Positions 40,527 through 52,230 of a stretch of 64,000 nt of DNA are shown here, piece after piece. Position 1 is the first letter of the stretch. Every line of letters starts with the position of its first letter. The position numbers were made by a program, and so were the translations under genes. The notes under the pieces were generated by a model. It saw nothing but the letters and a program-made list of their open reading frames with translations. It ran no database searches and was not told where the DNA came from. Origin of the DNA: Callorhinchus milii (Eukaryota); assembly GCF_018977255.1 (NCBI RefSeq), contig NW_024704742.1, positions 42,782,001 to 42,846,000 of the forward strand, in the 5' to 3' direction.

Positions 40527-40716
40527 TTGTGGAGAAAGGAAAGTGAGTCAACGTTTCGGGTCCACAATCCTTTTTTCGTCAGAACTGGTGAAAAAAGGGT
40601 TGTGGGCCCGAAACGTTGACTCACTTTCCTTTCTCCATAGGAGCTGCCTGACCTACTGTGTTCCCAGCGACTTCTGTTTTTGTTTCAGATTTCCAGCATC
40701 TGCAGTATTTTGTGTT
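40527..40716 (+). mobile_element. Penelope-like retroelement terminus with an inverted 5' duplication, flanked by a TSD
   Basis: 53-bp inverted repeat (40530-40582 / 40585-40637) containing CTGANGA...GAAAC. Flanks TTGAATCAGAAATCAT (40511-40526) and TTGAGTCAGAAATCAT (40717-40732). The family call comes from recall of chondrichthyan Penelope ends. Confidence 0.75.
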
Positions 40717-41034
40717 TTGAGTCAGAAATCATCCTGACTCATACACAATTCATTCTGACGGCTGCCTCATTCATCTTACATGCTTGGCCACATTCTCACT
40801 AAATTCGCACATGTGTTTTACAACATTTTATTAAAGATAATCTAATAGTTCAATATTAAACTTCAGAAAATATTTTGCAATTTACTCTACTTGGATTTTA
40901 TCTAAAAGTCGTCTTTGGAATCTCAGCCCCAGATATGCTCCAAAATTGATGTTCCTCAGGTTCCAGTAGTAAGGATTGCGCTGATAGATCACTCCATCAT
41001 CCGAGAGAAAATACTGCATATTGCTGCATATTAT

Positions 41035-41142
41035 CACAAAATATACAGTCAATTCACTTTACAGTATATTCTGTGAAGCGCGTTGAGATGTCTCAAAGAC
41101 GTGATACGGCACTATATCAAATGCAAGGATTATTATTATTAT
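41035..41142 (+). mobile_element. SINE 3' tail
   Basis: CACAAAATATACAGTCAATTCACTTTACAG...AAATGCAAGG(ATT)n. Confidence 0.88.
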
Positions 41143-44100
41143 GAACAGAATATTCATGTTCAATACCCTAAAAAGGAACAGAGCTAGGGCCACTACAATT
41201 GCCGTTGGAAAGGGAGGTTTAGCCAGGATTCCCATGACTGTGTGAATCATTGACCTCCAGTGAGGTGAACTTATGTGGATGCAAGGAAAGAGAGGATTTG
41301 GCTTGGCTGTACTGCCTGCATGGACACATAGTCTGAATAGCAATTGATCAAGTTACTGGTAGGTGGCCTTTGGCTGTGCATCCATACCCAGTAGAAGTAA
41401 AACGTAGTAAAATATCTTCAGGGAGAAAAGGGGAGAGGACAAAACTGGCAAGAGAGAAACAAACATTTTGAGTTGTTGCATTTGTGCAAAATCACTGTTA
41501 GCTGGTATTTCTAAATGTAAAAAACTTTGAAAATAGATTACTTTGAAATAATATTGTACCCTTCATACACATTTTTTTAATTTAGCAAGTCAGTTCCACC
41601 TCCTGATCAGAGCAAGGGGTGATATTACAACACCTGAATACAAATTTACATTTCTATCGTGTTGGGAGGCCATCCCAAGGTGCTGAACAGCATAGGGTTT
41701 ACACTCTGAATCATCAGATTTGGGGATAAAAATGTTGGAGAAAGGAAAATTATTTATCGTAGCTGCAAACCAGGACATTTCTGATTCTGTCTTGAATTAC
41801 ACAAATTGTTCAATCAAATAGTAATACACTATCTTTCATTTATGCATGTCATTAGAGAATAAAATTTATGTATAAATGTGAGCAGTAATCTGATTTGAAA
41901 CTGAAATCATCATTAATGAGGTTCCTATTGATCATCACTGATATGATTAATAAGCAATCAAAGAATAACATGTTTGTGTGACTACTTATCCATAGGAAAA
42001 GTCTCATTTAACTTGTGCTGCAAATGTCACATTCACATGAAAAAGAGCATTTTGAGCTATGCAATTAACCATTATTAGAAATAAATTAGTAACCAATGCA
42101 TAAAAATACTGAACAAAATTGGAGCTAAGTGTACAGCCTTTTTTTAAAAAAAAGATCAAAATTAAACCATAAAGTAAAATAAAATGAACGTGAACTTTCA
42201 TTCCAATGCTAGATATCAGCATTTTCAGAATAGTAGTAATAATACTTTCATTTGACATATCTGATCAAAACGGACTAATTAAAATAGGTCCCAACCTGCT
42301 AGGACTTTACACAATGCAGTGAAATACTGAAGATGTCAAATGAAACCTTCTCCCGCACTGCATTAGTGTGGTTACTACCAATGGAGGTGCACAGGAAATG
42401 AAACTATTAATAGAGCTGTCTGACCACAAAATAATGTCATATTCTGATCACCAGCATTGCTTCCCACAGATTCACTTTTCATCTGTCTTTTAAAATCCAC
42501 ATGTTAAATTTAAATTAAATTCTTATGCTAAATTTACACTTGAAGTAAAGTTTTCCATAAAGTGTAAACATTAATATTGAATTCTGGGATAGATTATCCC
42601 CGAAAAGTGTTCCGAGTTCAAGATTTTCAAGCAGATATTAATTTATAAACTGAAGTTAAAACTAAATGTCAATATCGCATAAATAAAAATGCTTGCTGTA
42701 TAAAAGCAGAATACTCATAAGAAGCCCTAACCTAATTTATTTTCAATCTTTCAACATGATGATTCATGAACAATGTGGAATTTCTCATTTACTGAAATAT
42801 TTAGCACATTTTGCCAAATAAAGAAACCGATGGGGTAAATTCTATTAATGGCAAAATAATGAAATGAGCTAAAATTCATATTTCTTTCAATAAATTATTC
42901 AGGTTTAACATACAGAAGATGATGTGCCACCCTACCTTGGGACATAAGCAAAGTGGAGCAGCATTGAATACATTTTCATGTTTTGAGCTAAAGTACCGTT
43001 TTCTATCCCGCGAGAAAATCGCTTTCATTTGACTCATTTATATTCTGGATTGGTTCACAATAACTGATAAAATACAATCTTCCACTAACATTGTATCTAA
43101 TAAATCTATTTATGCTCACAAAAGCAATCAATACCATTCCCTAAACCGATTTCTTAAATAAGATATGATTTTTTGAAATGAACATTTGCAACAATGAAAA
43201 AATATATTGAGAATAAAATTGGCTTTCATAATAGTTGATCAACACTAAGTAGAGAATCTGCAAAAATCGATTCATATGATTAAATGGAATCCTATTACAT
43301 TATTGGTGATATGCAACTTGAAGCAATTCAAGTAAAATCAGGAGGAGACTGGATTAAATACTGTGCTGATGTAACACTACCACACTGGTGGAGAAAGTCA
43401 GTCTTGTCATGGCTTTCACCCCCATACCCATACCTCCCTACCTATGTGATTTTTTTTTCTAACCCAACTCTTGTGTTTGCCCTCTTTACTTCATAAGCTC
43501 ATGTTTGCTACATGTTTGCCTCCTCCATTGGTGTCCAAGCTTTCTGGTCACACTGAGCAAATTAGCAAATTAATTTGTAGCAAATTAGCTCAGGCAGAAA
43601 GAATTGCCACCACAAATGTTTTTTTGTCACAAATTCACATAAACTGCACAGAAACAGACTATTCAGTCTAACCAATCTGTACCTGATAAGTACTCCACCC
43701 ACTCTTTATTTCCTTGATATCCTTCGATTCCCCTCTCTCTCATGTGTATATATACACTGCTTCTTAAATGTACCTATGCTACCTACTTTAACCAACACTA
43801 CAGGAGGCAAGTTTTATGCATAATCAACTGTAGAATGTATTTGCCTTAAGCACCGCATCCATTAAAATATAAAATATCAAATCCAATTTCTGTAAAATAC
43901 AATATCTGCAAAATTATAATTTTACTTTGTAAAATATAATGTAAACAGGACTATTTACATACTACTCACTGTGTTTCTCATGCTTCAATTGGCTTGCACT
44001 GGAATTTCATGCTTTAATGCTGCCTTCTCCACTTTAACTTTCTCTATGACACACTATCAACATTTCACAACTTACTAATGACCCATTTGCTGCCTCAGTG

Positions 44101-44417
44101 TTGTTAGAAGTGATTTCTAACTTCTTCCTAATGTGTCTTTTGGCCTAGTGGTATATTCCAATCTTTATTCTGCATCATGGTCTCTCCTAGCCATCTGCTC
44201 CAATATTGTTGATGTTCTACCCAAAATATTAATAATAAAATGTTGATATTAAGATATTAACATATCTTCTTCCTACAGATTCAAATTGTCCTGCTGTGGG
44301 TATCCAGCATTTTATGTTTTTATATCGCTCAGTACTATAAATTCATTTTTATATCTACTAATTTGTACACCATACCATTCAGTAGACAATCTTTTGGAGG
44401 AGGAATGGGGAAGAAGG

Positions 44418-44955
44418 TAATCAGGGTTCCTCATGGAGTTCAGTTGGCTTCATGGTGATGTTCTTAGCAGCAGAATGTCAGAATTGGGTCAACCTCTGTG
44501 ATGGTGTGAGTAGTCTGCTTCCTGAGCCAGATGGGTCCAAGGTATTCCAGGCACTGCTGATGACAGACTAGACAGCCTGGCTCAGTAGCAGAACTTGGAG
44601 AGGTAGTCCAGTCACTCGGTGCAAGGATCAGGGATTCTTCCCACCCAGTTCCTGTTAACCCTGCAAGCTAAAACCCTAATCGGTAGAGTGACCACAACAA
44701 CAAATTACATTTGTATAGCGCCTTTCATGTCAGGAGGACGTCCCAAGCAGCAGGAAGCTGTGTTCCCAATGGTAAGCTTGCGGATTTAGCTGGTTAAACT
44801 TCAACAGTATCCCAATGCGCACTGTGTGGTTTGTTTTGCCAACCTGTGCCTCTGTGGGTTTAGGAAAGCAAAATGCATTCCTCCAGCTTAGAAAGTGTGC
44901 ATTCCATTTCAGAAACATTTCCATGTGTAGATGGCATACATATATGGGTACTCTT
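44418..44955. repeat. Unclassified old interspersed repeat, copy 3, with a nested L2 tail (about 44693-44747)
   Basis: Reverse complement aligns along 1873-2395. Confidence 0.7.
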
Positions 44956-46154
44956 AAGCATGGTGATGAGTTTCTTTATTTGTTAGACACCCAACTGATC
45001 AAAAGAATACATTAAACACTTAACTTCTTTGCTTCCAACAGTCGAACATGTAGGTTGTTCATTTTGTCCTCAAACCAACCCTTTATCGCTGCAAGGCCCA
45101 TCGGTCCCAGACCCCAGGGCAAACCTCTCTCTCCTCCCTCATCCACATTTACACAGAAGCAGAAGAAGATCTGCTTGATGAGTCAGCCTCTTAATAACAA
45201 TTTTATCTGCAGCGCATATCCTCAGATTAGGTTTCTCACATTTGACATTTCTATTATTCCCAAGTAGTATATGCGCAAAGTGAAACAATTACAGAAACAA
45301 CAGTTGCACAATGTTCTGAGATCTTCACAAAAAGGCAAATGAAGCAATTACAGAAACCATGGTGATGGTATTCTGATATCATTGGCTTGGATTTGAACGA
45401 CCCCCGTACTGTATTATTATTATTATATGTGGGTGTGATAGGTGAATGCGGTGCTGCTGCCGGAGAGATGATGGTTACTGATCATTTAGACAAAGAATAA
45501 GTAGATTACTACTTCTGGAGTTTTAAATGTAGACTTTAAGACAGAGAACTGGAAGTGCTGTTAATATTATTCCAGTACTCTATAATACCAACATTGTAAA
45601 ACTGAGTTGAAAACTGATTTGTGTGACAGCCTAGCTCCGTAATAGAGCACTCTGAGCTCTAAATCATAAGGTTGTGGGTTCAAGCCCTTAGGGTTCAGGT
45701 GTCCATCACCCATTGCCATGCTGAAGAGCATCAAATCCAACAACAACATCAACAACAACTTGCATTTATAAAGCGCCCTTAATGCAGGGTGGCATTCCAG
45801 AGCGTATGACTACGAGACTACGTATGGAGTAGAGCGAATGACCAATTTTATTTGAGCAAAAATAACACCAATAACAAAAACAAAATTACATTTGTATAGC
45901 ACTTTCACGTCGGGATGACATCCCAAGGTGCTGAGGAATTGTTGAGTAATCACTCCAAAACCAGACTACAAATCCCATATATGCATGCTACATATTGATG
46001 GAAATGTCCCTTTGTCTACAATAAAATGTGTACTGTCTTCCCAGCAATGCACCCCAGAACTATGGCACAGAAGGCCATTCGGCCATTGTGTCTGAACTGT
46101 CTCCCCCAAGAGCAATCCTTTCACTTACCTGCCCTTCCCCCATACTCCCTGTAT

Positions 46155-46565
46155 TCCCATGAGTTTAGAAGGTTGTGGGGTGATTTGATTGAGGTGTTTA
46201 AGATGATAAAGGGATTTGATAGGGTAGATACAGAGAAGTTATTTCCTCTGTGGGGAATCCCAAACAAGGCGGCATAGTCTTAAAATTAGAACCAGGCTAT
46301 TTAAGGGTGAAATCAAGAAGCATTTTTTCCACGCAATGGGTGCTAGAAATCTGGAATTCTCTCCCCCAAAAAACCGTGTTGCTGGATCCATCCATACCTT
46401 CAAGAGTGAGGTTGATAGATTTTTGTAGGTCAGGGTATTACGGGATATGGGGAGAAAGTGGGAAATTGGAATTGAAAGGATTAGTTGAGGCACAGATCAG
46501 CCATGATCTAATTAAATGGCAGAACAAGCTCGAAGGGTTGAATGGCCTACTCCTGTTCCTATGTT
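46155..46565 (+). mobile_element. CR1 LINE 3' end, apparently nested in an antisense CR1 remnant (about 46055-46150 and 46570-46860)
   Basis: RRLWGDLIEVFKMIKGFDRVDTEKLFPL and WNSLPQ. Tail GAATGGCCTACTCCTGTTCCTATGTTCC. Confidence 0.9.
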
Positions 46566-47029
46566 CCCTTGTAGCTGACTGTTTTTAAGGTATCTGTCTG
46601 GTTCCATCTTGAAGGCCAATGTGGATTTTGCCTCAACTAACACTCCCAACAAGGCATTCCATATCCAAAATACCTAAATTCTTCTAACCACCCCATTTGC
46701 TCATGTACTAACTATTTTGTTTTGATTCCCTTTGATTACTGACTCACCAACCAGTGGAAATAATTTCTCTGTATTGACTATCAAAATTCTTCATAGTTTT
46801 AAAGACCTCTCTCTATCAGGTCACCACTCAACCTTTTTTCGAGCAAGAAAGGTCCAAGACCCTGATTAACTAATTCTGAAAATTATTACCTGAGTAAATA
46901 TTAGGTTTCTTCCTCCTCCTTCTAGAGAAGTACCACCTTCTGGAGAAGCCCATTGTGGTGAGCACACAATGTGAGTTAAAAAGGGATCTGGTTCAGGTGG
47001 ATTACAAACAAAGATAGACGGGTAAAAAG

Positions 47030-47510
47030 GTAAATGAGCAAAGCGAGACCTTCAAGAAGGAAATAGATAGGGTACAAACCAAACACATTCCCGGGGGGCG
47101 AAATATCATGCATCCAAAGCTAGAGCTACCTGGATGACTAAGGACGTTGGGATTAAAATGAAACAGAAAAATGATGCTTAGATTCAAATTACACTAGAGT
47201 AGTAGAATACAGAAAGTGCAGAGGAGAATTGAAAAAGGAAATAAGCGGGCCAAAGAGAGCGTATGAGAAAATAATCTTTTTTTCTTTACACAGAGAGTTA
47301 TTATGGTCTGGAATGCACAATCTGAAAGAATGGTAGAAACAGATTAATTAACAACTTTCAAAAGGGAATTGGATAGGCACTTGAAAAGGAAAAAATTGTA
47401 AGCATATGCGGAAAGACCAGGGGGATGGGACTGATCGGGTAACTCTTCCAAAGAGCTGGCACAGGCACAATGGGTCGAATGGCCTCCTTCTGTGCTGTAA
47501 TATTCTATGA
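47030..47510 (+). mobile_element. CR1 LINE fragments (central ORF2 joined to the 3' end)
   Basis: PWMTK-like and KKEISGPKRAYEK-like segments, then TGGAATGC...GAATGGCCTCCTTCTGTGCTGTAATATTCTATGA tail. Confidence 0.75.
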
Positions 47511-47759
47511 AATATTTAATTGTAAGCTGTTAGTTATGATTCCCAAGTAAATTCATTTGGATGAATTATAGACAACATTGAAATGCTTAATTTCAACATA
47601 AGGACCAAACCAAAAAAAAGTATAATTTTCAAAAGAAACTTGCTATCTCTGCATTGTAAAAATCGATCCCAAGGACTAGGGATACAAAGAGAAACTTGTA
47701 GGCCTTCAGTTACGAATCATTCCGATGCTTGGATCAAATACTGAAACTGTTCAAATTCT

Positions 47760-48380
47760 GAATCTCCCCATTAATGATCATTCATGGTTAGATCCCAGAG
47801 ATGTTAAGCATCTTGAAGATACATTTAAAGAATATTAGAGAAAAAATGATATCCCAGGGATTTCACCTGCCATTCTGCAGGAAGCAATGAAGGAGCAAAT
47901 TAGAAAGAATTCCACAGTATATAGTACTGGGAAGAAAAAGCATAGGGCAAAGAGATAATGTTAGACAGATTAATGGCCCTGAAATTATCTAATGCATATA
48001 ATATAAACTCGATGGCATGGAACAAATTAAGCAAGGACAAATTTGAATTTTGAAGATAGCTATTAACAATGCCAAATTAGGATACACATATTGAATTTTG
48101 AAGCCAGCGAAGAATTGGGCAAATTACTGGCTCATCAATCAGGAAAGCTACAGCCTAGAAGGTTCTTACGGGAATTAAAACACTGAACAGAAAAAAGCAC
48201 CACTAACTCCTGGGAGATTAAATGCTGAAGTTAAGTTGTTATGACAAGTTGCACTTTTTCTGAATATCCCACCTCCATATTATATTTATAAATTTAACCA
48301 CAAGATTACATCCTCCCATGTTATCAGTGGAGCTGAGAGAATTAGCCTTGAGGAATTAAAGAGATCCTAAAGAAAATGAC
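47760..48380 (+). mobile_element. L1-clade LINE ORF2 remnant (endonuclease-RT linker)
   Basis: Translates FKEY*RKNDIPGISPAILQEAMKEQIRKNSTVYSTGKKK, later GKLLAHQ and ISLEELK. These match L1-type motifs (N...SP..LWEA.K...RG..I.Y...KKK; GKLLA). A-rich plus strand. Confidence 0.65.
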
Positions 48381-48562
48381 TTACTGTTTTCAGAGCCACC
48401 TACACAAATGGCTAACAACAATAACAACAAAATTACATTTTTATAGCACCTTTCCATTGAGGTTATTCTGCTGTATGGATTCTGTGTAGCAAATTTGTTG
48501 GTGTGGACTGCGTGCTCTTCTGCTCTCTTTGCAAGTTTACCAAATTGGTGTTAATGCACTTA

Positions 48563-48920
48563 TAATTAATAATAATACCACTTGCATTTGATATAGCCCC
48601 GATCACATTTTTGTGATGTCTCAAAGCACTTCACAGAATACTCTGTAAAGTGAATTGACTGTATATTTTTGGGGCGAGACATGCAGCCAATTGCACACAA
48701 ACAGTCATGGATTGAGTGACCAATTTATTATTTTTTTTGGAAGGAATTATTATCCCTGGAAAAGCAATTCGCCAATCGACTAACAACTGGGTTCCTACTT
48801 ACTGCTAGATAAACAGAGGTGTGTGGAGTAAGGAAACATGCCTAACGTTTCACCCTGCCGGGAATCAAGCCCAGATCTCTCACTCGCGAGGCGAATGCTC
48901 TAACCACTGAGCTACAGGAC
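48563..48920 (-). mobile_element. Full-length tRNA-derived SINE
   Basis: Reverse complement of the 11475 family, including the head ...TAACCACTGAGCTACAGGAC. Confidence 0.92.
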
Positions 48921-51594
48921 TATAAGACTAATGTAATTCAAGTTTAAATTATCAATACTGAAATAGAGTATTATGTGTGTAAAATTAAATTATACTTTAA
49001 AAATCCCATATGTAAGTGCAGAGGATCTAAACTTATCATGGAACAAAATAGTACACGGCTCATGTCAATTAATTCACTATTTGGTGAATTCATTACTTAT
49101 CTCTTTTGTATCCATCTTCACATGCATTCTGATCAATTATTAAAATACTCAGAGCAAATCCCAACTCAAAAGGGCACAATTTGTTTCTGATTCTAGTAGC
49201 AGTGATAGCTATTAACCTAAGTTAACCTGAAGAGAAAGATGCAGAAGAAACATTAGTCCTGCCAACCTTTTTCAAGGAAAATGACAATATAAACATACAT
49301 CAAGAAATAAAAGGCCTCTGATAGACTGAATGTGTAACACTCCGATTAGAATGATCTCCTTTTGTGAATTTATGTCTAAAGGTTATAGTTAGAATTAATG
49401 TCAGTATTTATTTACTTAGAAATATATTAGATATTAATGATGCACCAGATTAATGGTGTAAACCAAACAGCATTGTTTATCATAGAAGAACCATAGTATT
49501 AAGCTGTGTGCTTAGCGGTGGGTGGGATGATGCAATTTACCAACCTTGATATGTAATTTTGCTTTTACAATCGCAAGCCACCAAGAAAAATACTGCACAC
49601 AATGTCAAACTTACTTGATTTGTCAAGAGACAAAGATTAAACTACCCCTTAAGTGTGTGAAAAAGATGCTGCAGGAATAAAGAATTGTGGTCCATTATCC
49701 TAGGCGGTCAAATCTTAAGGTTATTAAGCACTTCTATATCTACATTCAAATTCCTCAATATATTGCAGAAAATAATATATTGTCATTCTTTTTCCAAATA
49801 CAGAGCCACCTGATGTAAAGAAATAGTACATCTTACAAAGTAAATGATTGTGCAATTCATCACTTTCAAATACCAGTAAATATGCAACATAAGCATCATT
49901 TATGAAATGTATAATCTTTCCCATCCCAAGTTTCTCTACTCACCTTCACTCCAATCTCACCAGTTTTAGGATAAATCTGAGATTCAATGTAATTCAGCTG
50001 TCCCACCTCTCAGAAAAGAATGTTCTTTTTTATGGTGGCTTGAACTGAAGCAAAAAGCCCCAAATTCCTCACATCTTAGCCTTAAAACTATTATTTTAAA
50101 ATGTATAATCATGCAGAATTTTCAAACTAAAATAAATTTGAAGCAGCTTCCAAATAAGGTTCGAATTTTAAAACGTTTTCCAATATTTTCTACATCTAAA
50201 AATGTTACAATAATCTGGGGACTAAAACCATGAGGGATTTGTAGGTCTCTTAACCTGGATGTCAGAAAGACTGAAATGAAATCTCTTATTGAAGAAACGA
50301 ACACCTTAACATTGTGATGTGTGAACTTTATTCTGCACAACTTTAATCACAGTTCATTTGAGAAAGATGTGTGGTCTGAATGACATTCATAAGATCCCCA
50401 AAATGTGTTCTGAAATAAATTCTGATGATTCTAAATGTAACTTTTAAGTTAGTGTCATATCAAACTTAGTTCAAAGAATGTTATGATCTATCCTATCATT
50501 TTAAGCATGCTTGCTATTCATATTTATTGTGCCTGTATACACAAAAAACAAATTCCATGTTGTTTTGTTATGTTTATTTTTAAATATTATAGCACTGTTG
50601 AATTCTTATACATAGAAAAGAAATGTGGACAATACCTTTGATAACTGGGGTCGCCCAGGCAATGATTCGTTTCACAAGGCAGCAGTTCAGTAATACTGTT
50701 TTGGAGAAACAGTGCTTCTTACGAAATTCATGCAAATCTTTCTTCCATTTCTGGGTTCTTTTCTCAGGAGTAGACATAGACATCTTGTACCACACCTTTA
50801 CCTTTAGCATAGGGAAATTTGCTTCAGATGGACTAAACCACAGCACCAGCACACCCCGACCCACTCAGGATCACACTTGGGTGAAAAACATAAAAGACTC
50901 TGCCTCAGGTAAATGGTTCCAAAAGTGATACATTATTTTAGTGAGGCAAGTATTAATAATTAAAATGTAAATGTTATTGTTTATCTTTGGTGTGATGTAC
51001 AGTACGTGAATATATGATGAAGTTGAATATGAAGATATTTGTGTTGCTAAATTATTTGCATCTGTAAAATGCAGTATAATCAGATATACATATATGATTT
51101 CATACAATCCATCAAGTGTTTCTATGCACCATATTTTTGGAGCAAAATTAGGGAAGATACATTGTGGACATTTTGCTTTTTGTTTCTTTACCAGTGTTTA
51201 TAATATAGAATGAGGATAATTCTGCAATCCGTATCAATATTTTACTGATTTAATTGACCATTACATTGAGAAATAATACTTTATTGAAGTATTTATTACT
51301 TAACTATTGAACTATTTATTACTTATAATTGTGTTTTGCCAATTATGCCAACTTGTTAAATTATACCTACACACTCTGTATGTGGCATAATTGCCCAAAC
51401 ACATTTATATTTAAGATCTTAAACAGTGCCATACTGAACAGTCAAAATGTAAGGTTTGGAAACCATAAGTATTTGTATTGAGTGCAACAGAAAATTATCT
51501 GTTTCAAAAAGATGAATTTGATTTATTATCATAATCTTCAAAATGAGATGTTAGTCTTGGAGAATGTCCACTGATGATTCATCAGAATATTACC

Positions 51595-51810
51595 TGGGGT
51601 GAAGAGGTTTGGTTATGATAGGCTGGGTTTAATTCCCTGGAACTGAGAAGGTCAAGCAATGATCTGACTAATTTGTTTAAAGTAATGAATTAACCATCTA
51701 CGTAGAAGATGATCGTTCCTTCTGGTTAAGGAATCCAAAGCAAGGGGACATAATCTTAAAATTAGAGTTAAGACAGTTCAAAGAGAGATGGGAATGTTGC
51801 TTCACAAATA
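51595..51810 (+). mobile_element. Degenerate CR1 ORF2 C-terminal fragment
   Basis: CTGAGAAGGTCAAGCAATGATCTG...AGGGGACATAATCTTAAAATTAGA (RGHNLK motif). Confidence 0.6.
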
Positions 51811-51964
51811 GTAAAGTATGTAGAGAAAAGGAGGAAAATGGGCTTTAAAAACTGCCAAGATCTAAAACAAATGGTAGTTAGAGACTCAACTGGATAAATA
51901 ACATTTTAAATGGGACTAAAAAGTAAGGCAACAACAACAACTTTAGTACAAGCAATACTTTAGT

Positions 51965-52230
51965 ACAAACCAAGACAGTAGACCAAGAGGTCACAGGTTT
52001 AGAGTTACAAAAGGTAATTTCTGAACCAGATACTAGGAAGTTTTCTTTACTCAGATGGTAATCAATGACTGGAACAGGCTGCCAGGAAAGGTGGTTGAGG
52101 CCAAGACATTGGAGTCATTTTAAAAGGAGCTTGATGCTGTGATGGGGAGACAGTAGGGAGGATGTTCTGGAAGGATGAGATTGATGGGCCGAAGGCCCTT
52201 TCTCATCTAAATCAATCTTGTGATCTTGCA
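51965..52230 (+). mobile_element. CR1 LINE 3' end
   Basis: TRGHRFR...FFTQMVINDWNRLPGKVVEAK and a TCTTGTGATCTTG tail. Confidence 0.85.

Noticed and set aside
42936..43037. Minus-strand ATG-to-donor segment MSQMKAIFSRDRKRYFSSKHENVFNAAPLCLCPK as a first coding exon
   Set aside because: No promoter or CpG-island context, a moderate donor, and no recognisable protein.
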